A stretch of 64,000 nucleotides of DNA from an uncultured Candidatus Saccharibacteria bacterium (GCA_964537935.1 CAZICT010000001.1:200228-264227), one strand, 5' to 3'; positions 37,549 through 48,360 are shown, numbered from the stretch's first letter. Notes: generated from the letters alone by a model not told the origin. Numbers and translations: made by a program.

Positions 37549-39837
37549 ATGACAAAAAATTTAGTAATCGTTGAGAGCCCAGCCAAAGCCAAGACTATAG
37601 AAAAGTTTCTTGGTAAAGATTTTACTGTTAAAAGTAGTTTTGGACATATACGCGATTTACCTAAAAAGGGAATCAGTATTGATATCGATAAAAACTTCGA
37701 GCCGACTTATGAAATCAGCGCTGATAAGAAAAAGATAGTTTCAGAGCTCAAGAAGCTTGCTAAGACGGCGGACAATGTTTGGTTAGCCAGTGATGAAGAC
37801 CGTGAAGGGGAGGCAATTGCCTGGCATTTATGCCATGCACTTGGCCTTAGCCCTGAAGCTACTAAACGCATTGTGTTTCATGAAATAACCAAGCCGGCGA
37901 TTGATCAAGCGGTAGCTAACCCGCGCACCGTTGATAAAAAGCTAGTTGATGCTCAACAGGCACGCCGAGTGCTCGACCGTCTCGTCGGCTATGAACTAAG
38001 CCCTGTGTTATGGAAAAAGGTTCGCCCAGGACTAAGCGCTGGCCGTGTTCAGTCAGTCGCGGTACGATTAATTGTTGAGCGTGAAAGGGAGATTAAGGCC
38101 TTTGAGCCAGAATCTAGTTACAAGGTTAATGCATCATTCAACGCGACCAAGGACCAATTGCCGGCTGAACTTTCTAAAAAACTAGCTACCGAATCAGAAG
38201 CTAAAGACTTTGTTACAGCTTGTATAGGCGCCGATTTTACGGTCAGCGGCATCGAGCAAAAGCCCGGCACGCGCAGCCCTGGTGCACCATTCACCACCAG
38301 CACTCTCCAACAGGAAGCGGCACGAAGGCTTGGATTTAGCGTTCGGCAAACCATGACGCTCGCTCAGCGACTATATGAAAGCGGGCAAATTACATATATG
38401 CGTACTGACAGCACCATTCTCTCCAAGACCGCTCTTGATGCCTGTAAAGCTTATATAACCAAGAATTTTGGCGATAACTATCATGAATTGAGGCAATACA
38501 AAACCAAAAACACCAGCGCCCAAGAAGCTCACGAGGCTATCAGGCCAACTGATTTTAATAAACAAAGCGCGGGTTCTGATGAACAACAGCGAAAGTTATA
38601 CGAATTAATATGGCGGCGGACTATCGCCAGTCAGATGGCCGGAGCAAAAACCAGCCGGACAGAGGCCAGTATAGCGGTTAGCACACGATCCGAACACTTT
38701 GTAGCCAAGGGCGAAGTTTTGGTTTTCGACGGATTTTTAAAGGTTTACGGCGGCGGCAAAGATGACGTAATTCTTCCTGAATTAAAAGAGGGGCAAAGTC
38801 TTGAATTAGCTTTACTCACAGCTAACGAAACATTTAGCCGTCCACCGGCACGTTACTCGGAAGCAAGCCTGGTGCGTAAACTTGAGGAGCTTGGCATTGG
38901 TCGCCCAAGTACTTACGCTCCTACAATTTCAACCATCCAAACTCGGGGTTATGTAGAGAGGGGAGACCTCGCTGGATCAGAAAGAAAAACTACAGTTATC
39001 ACACTTGAGGACGGCCAGGTGCAGTCAAAAGTCACCACGGAAAACTACGGCGCCGATCGTAATAAGCTCCTGCCGACACCTCTGGCTGATGTGACAACCG
39101 ACTTTCTGGTAAAGCACTTCCCGTCGATAGTCAATTATGATTTCACAGCACACCTAGAAAAAGAATTTGATACCGTAGCCGACGGCAAGGCTAAATGGCA
39201 AGACATTATTAAAGATTTTTACGACAAATTTCATCCGCTTATTAAAAGCTCGGAAACGGTTAGTCGAGAAGAAAGCACCCAAACACGCTTACTGGGACAG
39301 GATCCGAAGTCAGGCAAGCCGATTATGGCACGCTATGGACGTTATGGGCCAATGTTGCAGCGAGGAGAGACCGAATCAGAAGAAAAACCGGACTTTGCTC
39401 CAATTCCTGAGGGAGCAACCATTGAAGGTATTACTTTAGAACAAGCACTTGAAGCGTTCAAATTGCCGCGGATAGTGGGCGTTACTGAAGACGGCCAGGA
39501 GATAAAGGCTAATATCGGTCGTTTTGGGCCATATATTCAAGTTGGTAAATTATATATCTCCATAAAGCCACACGACCCGATGAAGATTTCCGAAGAAGAG
39601 GCACGCGAATTCTATAAGAAGAAGCTTGAACAAGAAGCCAAAAAGCATATCAATGAATTTTCGTCAGGCATAAAGGTGTTAAACGGTCCTTATGGCCCAT
39701 ACGTAACCGACGGAAAAAAGAATGTACGGATAAAAAAAGACGTCGATCCCGGTAAGATTACCGAAAAACAAGCCAAGGAAATGCTTGAAAAGGCTCCAGA
39801 TAAGAAAAAGCGCTTCACTCGTCGTAAAAAAGCTTAA
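37549..39837 (+). CDS. topA: DNA topoisomerase I
   Basis: LVIVESPAKAKTI, ASDEDREGEAIAWH, SAGRVQS, ITYMRTDS, GIGRPSTY, C-terminal GRYGP/GRFGPY repeats. Confidence 0.97.
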   Translation: MTKNLVIVESPAKAKTIEKFLGKDFTVKSSFGHIRDLPKKGISIDIDKNFEPTYEISADKKKIVSELKKLAKTADNVWLASDEDREGEAIAWHLCHALGLSPEATKRIVFHEITKPAIDQAVANPRTVDKKLVDAQQARRVLDRLVGYELSPVLWKKVRPGLSAGRVQSVAVRLIVEREREIKAFEPESSYKVNASFNATKDQLPAELSKKLATESEAKDFVTACIGADFTVSGIEQKPGTRSPGAPFTTSTLQQEAARRLGFSVRQTMTLAQRLYESGQITYMRTDSTILSKTALDACKAYITKNFGDNYHELRQYKTKNTSAQEAHEAIRPTDFNKQSAGSDEQQRKLYELIWRRTIASQMAGAKTSRTEASIAVSTRSEHFVAKGEVLVFDGFLKVYGGGKDDVILPELKEGQSLELALLTANETFSRPPARYSEASLVRKLEELGIGRPSTYAPTISTIQTRGYVERGDLAGSERKTTVITLEDGQVQSKVTTENYGADRNKLLPTPLADVTTDFLVKHFPSIVNYDFTAHLEKEFDTVADGKAKWQDIIKDFYDKFHPLIKSSETVSREESTQTRLLGQDPKSGKPIMARYGRYGPMLQRGETESEEKPDFAPIPEGATIEGITLEQALEAFKLPRIVGVTEDGQEIKANIGRFGPYIQVGKLYISIKPHDPMKISEEEAREFYKKKLEQEAKKHINEFSSGIKVLNGPYGPYVTDGKKNVRIKKDVDPGKITEKQAKEMLEKAPDKKKRFTRRKKA

Positions 39838-39884
39838 AACTCAAAAATATAAACACAAACATAAAATTCGAATTTTATAAGTGC

Positions 39885-39893
39885 TTATCCACA
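39885..39893 (+). promoter_or_regulatory. DnaA box
   Basis: Perfect TTATCCACA; degenerate TTATCCAAG at 39904-39912. Confidence 0.5.
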
Positions 39894-39994
39894 ATCTGGT
39901 ATCTTATCCAAGTTATTTTATTGTAATATTTGTACACCATTTTTTAAGCATGCCTGTCTATTTAGTGCTACAATAATATATAAGAACAATGTTC

Positions 39995-40023
39995 TTGACT
40001 TATATATACATTTATTTTACAAT
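39995..40023 (+). promoter_or_regulatory. sigma70 promoter
   Basis: TTGACT, 17 nt, TACAAT upstream of 40061. Confidence 0.65.
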
Positions 40024-40060
40024 TTATAAATAATACAGTAGAAACAGGTAAGGGAAGAGT

Positions 40061-41095
40061 ATGGCCGAAATCACCACCAAGCTTGATATTGAGAAAATTA
40101 TTAACGATATCCTCGAAACTATTGACCGTGAAAGGGAACGTGAAATTATTTCACGTCGTTTTGGTTTGTTTGACCGCAAAGAAACTCTGGAGCAAATTGG
40201 TGAGCTGCTTGGAATTACACGCGAACGCGTAAGACAGTTGGAAAAGGCTGTCGTTGCGCGTTTGAAAGCTGTTGCTGACAGCCATGAACTGCCACACATC
40301 GATGAAGTACAGAATGTCTTTACCCGTCAGATTTCAGAGCTTGGAAACGTGGCACGTGTAAGTGACCTAACCGCTAGACTGGTTGACGACAACTCAAAAA
40401 TAAACCAATCAAGGATATCATTCCTTGCGACGCTATGCCCGGAACTTACAGTGGTTGATGACAACGATCATTTTTACCACGCGGTAGGCCTTAGATCTGT
40501 TCATGACGAAAAGGCAATCAAAGACCAGGTAAAGACCATTATTGATGCCGTAAAGGTGATCGGCGAGCCAACGTCAATAGAGAAAGTTGCCGAACAAGCC
40601 AAGCAAACAGATTCTAACCATACCCGGGCGCTAGCTAGTATCAGCAAGCATTTAGCTACACTTAATAACCGTTGGGGGCTCATTAAGTGGCCGATGGTAA
40701 ATCCAAAAAACATCCGCGATAAAATTTATGTCATTCTTCACGAAAATGGTAAACCGATGCACTTTAATGCTATTGCTGATGCAATCAAAAGCAGTGATTT
40801 TAAGCGTAAAGATGTCACCACTCAAGCTATTCACAATGAATTGATAAAAGATAAGCGCTTCGTGCTCATAGGGCGCGGGATTTATGCTCTAAAAGAATGG
40901 GGATATTCCAAGGGTACGGTCGCCGATATCATCTCAGATGTACTTAAAAAAGCAGGGGAGCCACTGCATCGCGATGAGATAGTTAAGCAGGTATTGAAAA
41001 GCCGACAGGTTAAAGAAACTACCATTCTATTGAACCTGCAAGGAAAATCCCAGTTTAAACGAGTCGCTAAGGCTACTTACACGCTTGCGGAATAA
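40061..41095 (+). CDS. Sigma70 region-4 HTH plus tandem HARE-HTH (RNAP delta-like) protein
   Basis: REREIISRRFGL...ETLEQIG..LGITRERVRQLE; KPMHF..IA..I; IHNELIKDKRFVLIGRGIYAL.EWG. Confidence 0.8.
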   Translation: MAEITTKLDIEKIINDILETIDREREREIISRRFGLFDRKETLEQIGELLGITRERVRQLEKAVVARLKAVADSHELPHIDEVQNVFTRQISELGNVARVSDLTARLVDDNSKINQSRISFLATLCPELTVVDDNDHFYHAVGLRSVHDEKAIKDQVKTIIDAVKVIGEPTSIEKVAEQAKQTDSNHTRALASISKHLATLNNRWGLIKWPMVNPKNIRDKIYVILHENGKPMHFNAIADAIKSSDFKRKDVTTQAIHNELIKDKRFVLIGRGIYALKEWGYSKGTVADIISDVLKKAGEPLHRDEIVKQVLKSRQVKETTILLNLQGKSQFKRVAKATYTLAE

Positions 41096-41102
41096 ATCCA
41101 AA

Positions 41103-41613
41103 ATGTCCGAAGCAAATATTTCACCTGTGCGCTCTTCTGTTGAGTTCTATGAAGCTAACCAGCAACAGGAAGAATACCCGAACTTTCAAACATATAGCTT
41201 AGGGGATTACGACGTAGATTACTATGTGGCTGACTGGTCCTTGTCAGCTCTATCTTCTATTTTTGATGAAAGCCTAAAAGACGCTCCAATAACCATAGAC
41301 TCTGATATACCGGAAGAATTACAAGGGCCGTGGGCGCTTGCGACACACCTGAGCAGCCAAGCGGTTACTTCTGATAAAGAAATCCTTTGATCGTATTCAA
41401 AGAGCTGACGAGCAGGTTGTACGGCTGCTGCTTTCTCGCGGTAAAGGGCGTATTGCTCTGCTATTTAGACAGAAACGTGAATTATTCTTGTCAAATTATG
41501 CAGAAAAGCACCTATCCAAGCCAGGAGGCTATGATGATACAACATTGCTCCAAGAAATGCTGGTAGCGGCAAAATATCATAGAAAATGCCTTGATGACTA
41601 TGCTGCCGTATAG
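41103..41613 (+). pseudogene. Frameshifted hypothetical gene
   Basis: First frame stops at 41390; the +1 frame is open from 41353 to TAG at 41611-41613. Confidence 0.45.
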
Positions 41614-41844
41614 GTCTGATGCCATATTGCATATTTAATGAACGTTTTGCGAACATCGAATTACACAGCGTTTTTATGAACAGTTAAATAAACGAAGCTC
41701 AAAAAAGCAAAATTGTTTTAATGCAATAAGACAGTGAAGGCGAGCAAAAAAAAATTTGTGGTACGTAAATTAAAGACGAGAGATTAAAACTAAAAATAGA
41801 ATAGAAATGACAGTAAAAGAGCACTTCTCCGTGATATAAACTTA

Positions 41845-41872
41845 AAGTCGCACAATGTATATTTTGCGACCT
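41845..41872. other. dif-like Xer recombination site
   Basis: AAGTCGCACAA-TGTATA-TTTTGCGACCT: 11-6-11 layout, central hexamer as in E. coli dif, at the convergence of gene orientation. Confidence 0.7.
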
Positions 41873-42252
41873 ATAAATATTTACTGAAGATGATAAGCTT
41901 ATACCTCCGCTGTAGGGGAGTTTTTAGGCTCCTGCTGTTTAAATACACATTCGACTGCTTTTTGAATTTAAAACTTAGTCTTCCACCACTACATTGACTG
42001 GCGTTTTACCATGGCTGTGTATAGTTATCCACAATGCTGCGTGAAAAGTTTGCTTTTTTGTTTTTATTATTAATTAATTTGCTTTTCCCCTGCTTTATTA
42101 ATAAATATATATTTTTTTGACATATCCCCTTTTTAGTTATTTTGTAAGTTTTTTTATAAAACGTTGTATCAATTTTAAAATGAACAATTTACGAACATGG
42201 ACGGGAAGAGAGGGAGACTACTACGAGCAGTAACGGTTTGTTTGTATCGGTT

Positions 42253-43155
42253 CTATTTAGTGGAGGCACGCTCTGGTATACGGACATCGATGTATTCACT
42301 CGGAGAACGCCCCTGCTCCGCTATCTTATCTCTTACCAAAAGATATGTCCCGACCTGTTGCCTTGGGTCGCTTTCCGTGTTGAACTTCACGAAGTAATTG
42401 TTATCTTCAATATATATGTGCAGCTCATTAGCTATCGCCGGAAACACCAGTCTCTTATAGGCAACTTCTTCAGCCTCAAGATAAGCTACCACTGTTTGTA
42501 CAAACTTAACCAGGTCACTGGGTATGGCTACTTCTCCTGTATTTGCTTGGATGTCAGCTGTATCTTCAATAGTCGGTACGTTATCCCGAATAGAGCTTGG
42601 CAGCTTCGATGCCTCGCCTATAACTCTTCCGGAAGCAGCAACAGCCATTGCACCGCGACTTGTTGCTAGAATAATCGCCGGTCTTTCTGGAGCGAGATGA
42701 GCGGTAACATTACGGCCAAACATAGGAATCATAAGTGAAACTTGACCTAGCTCGGGAAATTTTTGTTTTAATAATGATTCTATACTTTCAGCATCAATAA
42801 AAAACTTGCTGCGGTTAAGGATAGATGAGTTGAGTAAATTTTCCAGCTCACTCTTGTACTGAGATGTATCAGAGGTTAGTGGCGATCCGTCTGCTTGAAA
42901 AACTCTAACGTTAACCTGGGTCGAAAGCGTACTTATAAACGTAAATCCCGCTAAAAGCACAAATATAAACAGCCCTGCAGCAAGGTGTTTATTCCGTAAT
43001 GACTTAGACGTATTTTGCTGTGAGTGTCGCTCGTGGTTTGCTGGGCTATCAGTATTCGAACGGCTGGAGTGATACGAAAACACCGGCATCCGCTGTTGCG
43101 AAATTTTTGAAGTCCGTTTTTGGGATTCCTTATTCTTAGATCTCCGTTTAAACAT
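42253..43155 (-). CDS. ftsQ: Cell division protein FtsQ/DivIB-like
   Basis: One TM helix, POTRA-like region, C-terminal EYIDVR; follows murG. Confidence 0.7.
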   Translation of the reverse strand: MFKRRSKNKESQKRTSKISQQRMPVFSYHSSRSNTDSPANHERHSQQNTSKSLRNKHLAAGLFIFVLLAGFTFISTLSTQVNVRVFQADGSPLTSDTSQYKSELENLLNSSILNRSKFFIDAESIESLLKQKFPELGQVSLMIPMFGRNVTAHLAPERPAIILATSRGAMAVAASGRVIGEASKLPSSIRDNVPTIEDTADIQANTGEVAIPSDLVKFVQTVVAYLEAEEVAYKRLVFPAIANELHIYIEDNNYFVKFNTESDPRQQVGTYLLVRDKIAEQGRSPSEYIDVRIPERASTK

Positions 43156-43165
43156 AACTACTTCT

Positions 43166-44308
43166 TTAGTGTCCAACTTCTATTAAGAGCTCAGCTAATC
43201 TGCGGGAAGCGTTAGGTATGGTAATTTGCCGCAAGACAGCCTCAAGCCTTAGACGGGCTTCGGCATCTTTTAATAATCGGTTGACCATATCAAAAAGGGC
43301 TTCCGGGCGCCGTTTTAATATCGTTTCATCGGCAACTTCTACTGCTCGTTGGCGCTGTAATTCCTCAGCATTTTTTAGTTGGTGCCCGCCCGTGAGCAAA
43401 GGATTTGGCACTACTATGCAAGCTTTGCCTTGTATTCCAAATTCCGCCAAAGCATTCGCCCCTGCTCTTGTAATTATTACATCAGCTGCACCGCTGTAAC
43501 GATACATACCGTCAATGAAAGGCTTAACTGTTAAACGTTCGTGCTTAAACCCCCCGTATGTAGACTCATTCCCCTTCCCTACCTGATGAACGATAAAGAG
43601 ATCAGGATTTTCGTTAAGCAGTTTTGGCGCAACATGGGCCATGGCTTTATTAAGGTTAACCGACCCGTGACTGCCTCCAGTTATGAATAATAAAGAGCAC
43701 TCCTGGTTAAGCCCGAGTTCCTTTTTATAGTTTTTCTTCAAACCGGCATCAACCGGTGTGTAGTCACTGCCGACAAGCACACCGACATGTATGGTTTTTT
43801 CTTTAGGATATCTATAGAAGTCAACCGGCATTCCGGTAGCATGCATGTGAGCCCACCGACTTACCAGCCGGTTAGCCAAACCGGGCATAGCATCGGAATC
43901 GTGCGTTATGAACGGAATCTTCATCAATGCTGCAGCCAAGCCAACGGGCACACCGACAAATCCACCCTTCAGCAAGATCACTTCTGGACGTGTCTTACGA
44001 AGCAGCAGTACGCTCTGAAAAAAACCAATCAAAAAATAGAAAAAATCACGGATGTTCAGTAAGTTTGTCTTGATATCAATAATTCGACGGAACCAAGACT
44101 CGCCATGATAGCGGCGAAACTTACCGGCGAATATTGAATATTCACTATCGAAATTGTGATGACCCTTAGTCATGTCACCAAACTTAGCATTACGTTCGCC
44201 AACATAAATTATGTAGTGCTCTGGATTAAGCTGTTTTATTTCATGGGCGACGGCTAACAGCGGCGTAATGTGGCCGCCGGTTCCGCCCCCTGTAAGAAGT
44301 ACTTTCAT
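43166..44308 (-). CDS. murG: UDP-GlcNAc:lipid I transferase MurG
   Basis: LTGGGTGGHITP, KGGFVGVP, PGLANR, TGGSHGS, RAGA, HQLKNA. Confidence 0.95.
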   Translation of the reverse strand: MKVLLTGGGTGGHITPLLAVAHEIKQLNPEHYIIYVGERNAKFGDMTKGHHNFDSEYSIFAGKFRRYHGESWFRRIIDIKTNLLNIRDFFYFLIGFFQSVLLLRKTRPEVILLKGGFVGVPVGLAAALMKIPFITHDSDAMPGLANRLVSRWAHMHATGMPVDFYRYPKEKTIHVGVLVGSDYTPVDAGLKKNYKKELGLNQECSLLFITGGSHGSVNLNKAMAHVAPKLLNENPDLFIVHQVGKGNESTYGGFKHERLTVKPFIDGMYRYSGAADVIITRAGANALAEFGIQGKACIVVPNPLLTGGHQLKNAEELQRQRAVEVADETILKRRPEALFDMVNRLLKDAEARLRLEAVLRQITIPNASRRLAELLIEVGH

Positions 44309-45494
44309 ATCTGCTTCCTTCACTAGCGTCGGTGTTTACCGCATAGGTAGTATACCGCGAAATATTAAACACCACTCCAAGTGCTGCCATAACAAATATT
44401 ATGCTGGTACCTCCGTAGCTTATAAACGGTAATGTTATTCCTTTTAGTGGTAAAAGGCCTATCATGGCGCCGATATTAATCAATGTTTGAGTACTCAACC
44501 ATGCTAAGACCCCAACGACAACTAATCGGCTGTGAGTGTCTGGGGCTCTTTCAATAATGCTTTTTATGCGTGCGAAGAAAACACCGAACACTACAATGAG
44601 CAAGGATGTTCCGAAAAAGCCGAATTTTTCAGCGATGATAGCAAATATTGAATCGTTAGATGCTTCAGGCAGATATCCGTAAGCCTGGACGCTGTGAGCT
44701 ACTCCTTTGCCGACTAGCCCGCCGGAGCCGACCGCAATCAAAGCCTGGCATGCCTGATAACCAGCATCCTGGCAATCTCGTTCAGGCTGCAGAAACGTCA
44801 TGAACCGCTCACGCCGATAGTCACTCGTTGATATTGCAAGCGTGGTACCGAGTGCAATAATACCCAATAAAATAAAGGTCTTCTTAAGAGGTAGTCCAGC
44901 CACAAAACACATCGTGCCGATTACCACTACCAACACCCCCATTGATCCTAGATCACTTTGAAGAATTGCGACGGTTAACCCTATTACCGCTAATAAAATC
45001 AGAAGCGGCTTAAAGGTTTTGTCTCCTCGCTTTATGGTGCCCTCCTGGATACGTTGAGTCAAAAAGCCAGCCAACCAAAAGATAAGGGCAAACTTAATTA
45101 CCTCAACCGCCTGAAGCGATAATCCGGCAAACCTAACCCATCGATGGGCAGGATATTCCGGTGTTACTGGCAAAATTAACGCCAGGAGTGTTACACCGAG
45201 TGCTATGCCGATAAGTGGTTTGGTTAGTACACGCCACAGCTTGAGAGATATACTTGCAGCTATAAAAAAGGTTATCAGGCCCACGCCAATCGCCGTTGCC
45301 TGCTTGCTTATGTAATAACTCTCACTAACATTCCGCTGGACTGCTAACCCAGGGCTTATAGAATAGATAACAATTAATCCTACCACCAATAGAATGACGC
45401 TGGTAAGTATCAATATATAATCAGGCTTATGCCGCCGTTGTTGCGGGGCATGTCCAAGCATCACCGGCTTACGCGCTGTAGTCCGCGGCCGCAT
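44241..45494 (-). CDS. ftsW: SEDS peptidoglycan polymerase FtsW
   Basis: RWV, QSDLGS, GYQ, YLPEASNDSIFA, GITLPFISYGGTS. Confidence 0.93.
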   Translation of the reverse strand: MRPRTTARKPVMLGHAPQQRRHKPDYILILTSVILLVVGLIVIYSISPGLAVQRNVSESYYISKQATAIGVGLITFFIAASISLKLWRVLTKPLIGIALGVTLLALILPVTPEYPAHRWVRFAGLSLQAVEVIKFALIFWLAGFLTQRIQEGTIKRGDKTFKPLLILLAVIGLTVAILQSDLGSMGVLVVVIGTMCFVAGLPLKKTFILLGIIALGTTLAISTSDYRRERFMTFLQPERDCQDAGYQACQALIAVGSGGLVGKGVAHSVQAYGYLPEASNDSIFAIIAEKFGFFGTSLLIVVFGVFFARIKSIIERAPDTHSRLVVVGVLAWLSTQTLINIGAMIGLLPLKGITLPFISYGGTSIIFVMAALGVVFNISRYTTYAVNTDASEGSRYESTSYRGRNRRPHYAAVSRRP

Positions 45495-46562
45495 CTATCT
45501 CACTCCTATAAGATAAACAATGAGGCCTAATACTCCAGCTACTTGGCCAATAATCCAAAAACGCATAGTAACTTTTGTCTCCGGCCAGCCTATCGCTTCA
45601 AAGTGATGATGAATTGGTGAAGATATAAAAACCTTTTTACCGTGTCTAAGATATCTTGAGACGCGATTGATAATAACCGAACCGGTTTCAGCGACATAAA
45701 CGATTCCGATAATCGGTAAAATATATATCGTATCGGTTTGCAGAGCGATAATTCCGAGCGCTGTGCCGAGAGCGAAAGACCCGACGTCTCCCATAAAGAA
45801 CCGGGCTGGATAGATATTGAACCACGTATAGCTAAGCAATGCCCCTACGACTGACAAACAAAATCCAGCTAGCGCATAACGCTGCTCCAGAAAAGCTATA
45901 ACCGTATAGGCTGCAAAAGATGACACGAGCAACCCACCGGCTAAACCGTCGAGTCCGTCGGTAATATTTACGGCATTAGCAGTTGCTACCACCACAAACC
46001 AGAATACAGCTATTAAAATTACGCCAATCATAAACTGGCTGATGCCGAATGTGCCGACCTGCAAATCGAAAAAACCAAAGTTTATGCTTGTAACATCCAG
46101 TTTATTGAAGAACCACCATCCGCCGACTATAGCTACCATGCTATGAAGCACAAACTTAATCTTTGAGCGCATACCGGCAATACCGCCCTTTTTGCCGCGA
46201 ATGTTTATCCAGTCATCAACTAACCCGATTATTCCAGAACCTACCATACCGGCCAACGGCAGCCAGGTTTGACTGCGCTCCAGGTTACCAAAAAGCGTTA
46301 CTAAAGCTACTGAGAGAACAAATATGATACCGGCCATAGTGGGAATATTGCGTTTGTGCTTAGCGGCATGCAGTTGCTTATAAACTGAGGCTTCTCCGCC
46401 TGACCACGCTTCCGAGCGCTGCTGTTTCCACCACTTCCACTTATAGGCAACAGTGGTGTAGAGCGGCGTAATAAGCATGCTGACCATGAAGCTTGCGAAC
46501 GCCAACAGCAATATGCGGAGCAAAGTTTGTATTTCAATATTGATTTGTATTAATTCGGTCAT
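45495..46562 (-). CDS. mraY: Phospho-MurNAc-pentapeptide transferase
   Basis: PTMAG, GLVDD, NAVNITDGLDGLA, FNIYPARFFMGDVGS, PIHHHFE..GWPE. Confidence 0.96.
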   Translation of the reverse strand: MTELIQINIEIQTLLRILLLAFASFMVSMLITPLYTTVAYKWKWWKQQRSEAWSGGEASVYKQLHAAKHKRNIPTMAGIIFVLSVALVTLFGNLERSQTWLPLAGMVGSGIIGLVDDWINIRGKKGGIAGMRSKIKFVLHSMVAIVGGWWFFNKLDVTSINFGFFDLQVGTFGISQFMIGVILIAVFWFVVVATANAVNITDGLDGLAGGLLVSSFAAYTVIAFLEQRYALAGFCLSVVGALLSYTWFNIYPARFFMGDVGSFALGTALGIIALQTDTIYILPIIGIVYVAETGSVIINRVSRYLRHGKKVFISSPIHHHFEAIGWPETKVTMRFWIIGQVAGVLGLIVYLIGVR

Positions 46563-46587
46563 AGCAGTTGGTCTTTATTATACTCTT

Positions 46588-48360
46588 TTAATCCTTCGGT
46601 GTTACCCCGAAATTATCTATTAACATATTAGTTAAGTTACTGAAAATCGGCCCGGCTGCCTGAGAACCGGCATAACCTGCAATTCCAGGGGCATTTAACC
46701 GCACCACGATAACATACTCCGGCTCATTACCGCCAACATAGCCCATAAATGTACCGTTAAAGCGATCGTCGTAATATCCCCCTTCCGGCCTAGTCACCTG
46801 CGCAGTTCCGGTTTTGCCGCCGATAGCGTAGTCACTTCTGAGCTGTTTCATGCCATAAATTAGGTAGTTGTTGTTAAATGAGTATTCCATCAGCGATCTA
46901 AGCTGTTCGCCAACCTCCGGCTTCACCACATTGTCATCAAGAATTTTGGGCTCCACGGTATTCTCTGTTCCGTCTTGGGTGATATAACTTTCTACCAAGC
47001 GGGGTTGATAATATGTACCGCCATTAATTACGCTTGCTAACGCCGCTCCCATTTGTAGGGGTGTTGCCGTCATACCCTGTCCAAAAGAGGTGTTGGCGTA
47101 TTGGATATCTAAGCCGAAACCTTCTGTGGGGCTGGGGATACTGCCAGGGGCCTCATAGCCCTGCTCGATACCGGTAAGCTGTCCGAACCTGTAATGATTA
47201 GTCATATAGTCATACCATCTAACACGTGCCTGTTCATTTATTTCGCCTCCGCCCATTTGCATCAACAGCCATGCCGCACCTGTATTTAATGATAACCGCA
47301 ATATATCACCAACCGTGCGCGTACCCGAACCGCCGATAACATTAGTTATGGTCGCTCCATCTATGGTGAATGAACCAGGGTCATAGTACGAGCTATTGGC
47401 ACTTACTACTCCAAGGTCGAGCGCAGCCGCCAGCGTAAGCGGTTTCATAATCGATCCCACTTCCAGCGGTCGGCTCACTGCTCCGTTATTAAATACTTCT
47501 GCGTCTTTTACTTCATAGAACTTAGACGGATCATAGGTCGGATAGTTGGCCATCGCCTTTATCGCACCGGTTTTTGCCTCCATTATAAGAGCGCTCCCGA
47601 AATCCGATCGTACATCTTCCAATCCTTTTTTCAGGATATCTTCTAGCTGCCGCTGCATACCTAAATCAATGGTCAGCACAACCTTTTCACCTTTAACCGG
47701 TTGTCTGATAATATTGTCCTCGTTTCCGGCTAATGGAACGCCTTGAGCATCAGTAATTGCCCGGATCTCTCCGGGAGTTCCACGCAAATGCTCATCAAGC
47801 GCCTGCTCAACCCCATATTTTCCTTCGCCTTCATCGTTAACAAATCCTAGTAACTGCGCCCCTAGTGTACCTTGCGGATAGGTTCTGTAAGACGCCTCTC
47901 GTGTGCCTATACCTTTGTAATCGAGAGCGTCGAGCTTGGTTTTGGTGGCTTCGTCAAGCCTTTTGGCTAGCACCACGTAACGCGTATCATCGGCCTTGAG
48001 TTGTTTTTCATAATCGACCGCATTTCCACCTATGATTTCGGCTATTTTTTCCGCTGAAGCATGCGCGTCTTCAACGTAAACAGGATCAGCATAAAGCGTG
48101 TACTTGGTTTCATTCAACACTATCGGTACGGTGCCGTCACCGTTCTGCGCGACTATAATGCCGCGTTCTGCCGGTATTTGATACTCCTTAAGCTGTTTGG
48201 TTAAAGCTGCCTGCTGATAGTAAGAGTGACGAATGACCTGTAAATAAAAAAGTCTCACTATAAAAAAAGCTAGCAACAACAAAAGCAACCCGTACCATAT
48301 TCGAATACGGGTTAAAGTAGATAGCTGGAACCTGGATGAAGCTTTTGGTCGCATAGGCAT
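46588..48360 (-). CDS. ftsI: Class B penicillin-binding protein (FtsI-like)
   Basis: PAERG, SxxK (GSIMK), SxN (SLN), KTG (GKTGTAQ). Confidence 0.9.
   Translation of the reverse strand: MPMRPKASSRFQLSTLTRIRIWYGLLLLLLAFFIVRLFYLQVIRHSYYQQAALTKQLKEYQIPAERGIIVAQNGDGTVPIVLNETKYTLYADPVYVEDAHASAEKIAEIIGGNAVDYEKQLKADDTRYVVLAKRLDEATKTKLDALDYKGIGTREASYRTYPQGTLGAQLLGFVNDEGEGKYGVEQALDEHLRGTPGEIRAITDAQGVPLAGNEDNIIRQPVKGEKVVLTIDLGMQRQLEDILKKGLEDVRSDFGSALIMEAKTGAIKAMANYPTYDPSKFYEVKDAEVFNNGAVSRPLEVGSIMKPLTLAAALDLGVVSANSSYYDPGSFTIDGATITNVIGGSGTRTVGDILRLSLNTGAAWLLMQMGGGEINEQARVRWYDYMTNHYRFGQLTGIEQGYEAPGSIPSPTEGFGLDIQYANTSFGQGMTATPLQMGAALASVINGGTYYQPRLVESYITQDGTENTVEPKILDDNVVKPEVGEQLRSLMEYSFNNNYLIYGMKQLRSDYAIGGKTGTAQVTRPEGGYYDDRFNGTFMGYVGGNEPEYVIVVRLNAPGIAGYAGSQAAGPIFSNLTNMLIDNFGVTPKD

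Noticed and set aside
41650-42240. oriC (AT-rich gap with TTATCCACA at 42025-42033)
   Set aside because: Only one perfect box, no dnaA or dnaN nearby, genes converge rather than diverge, and a dif-like site is present. A GC-skew calculation is needed to be certain.
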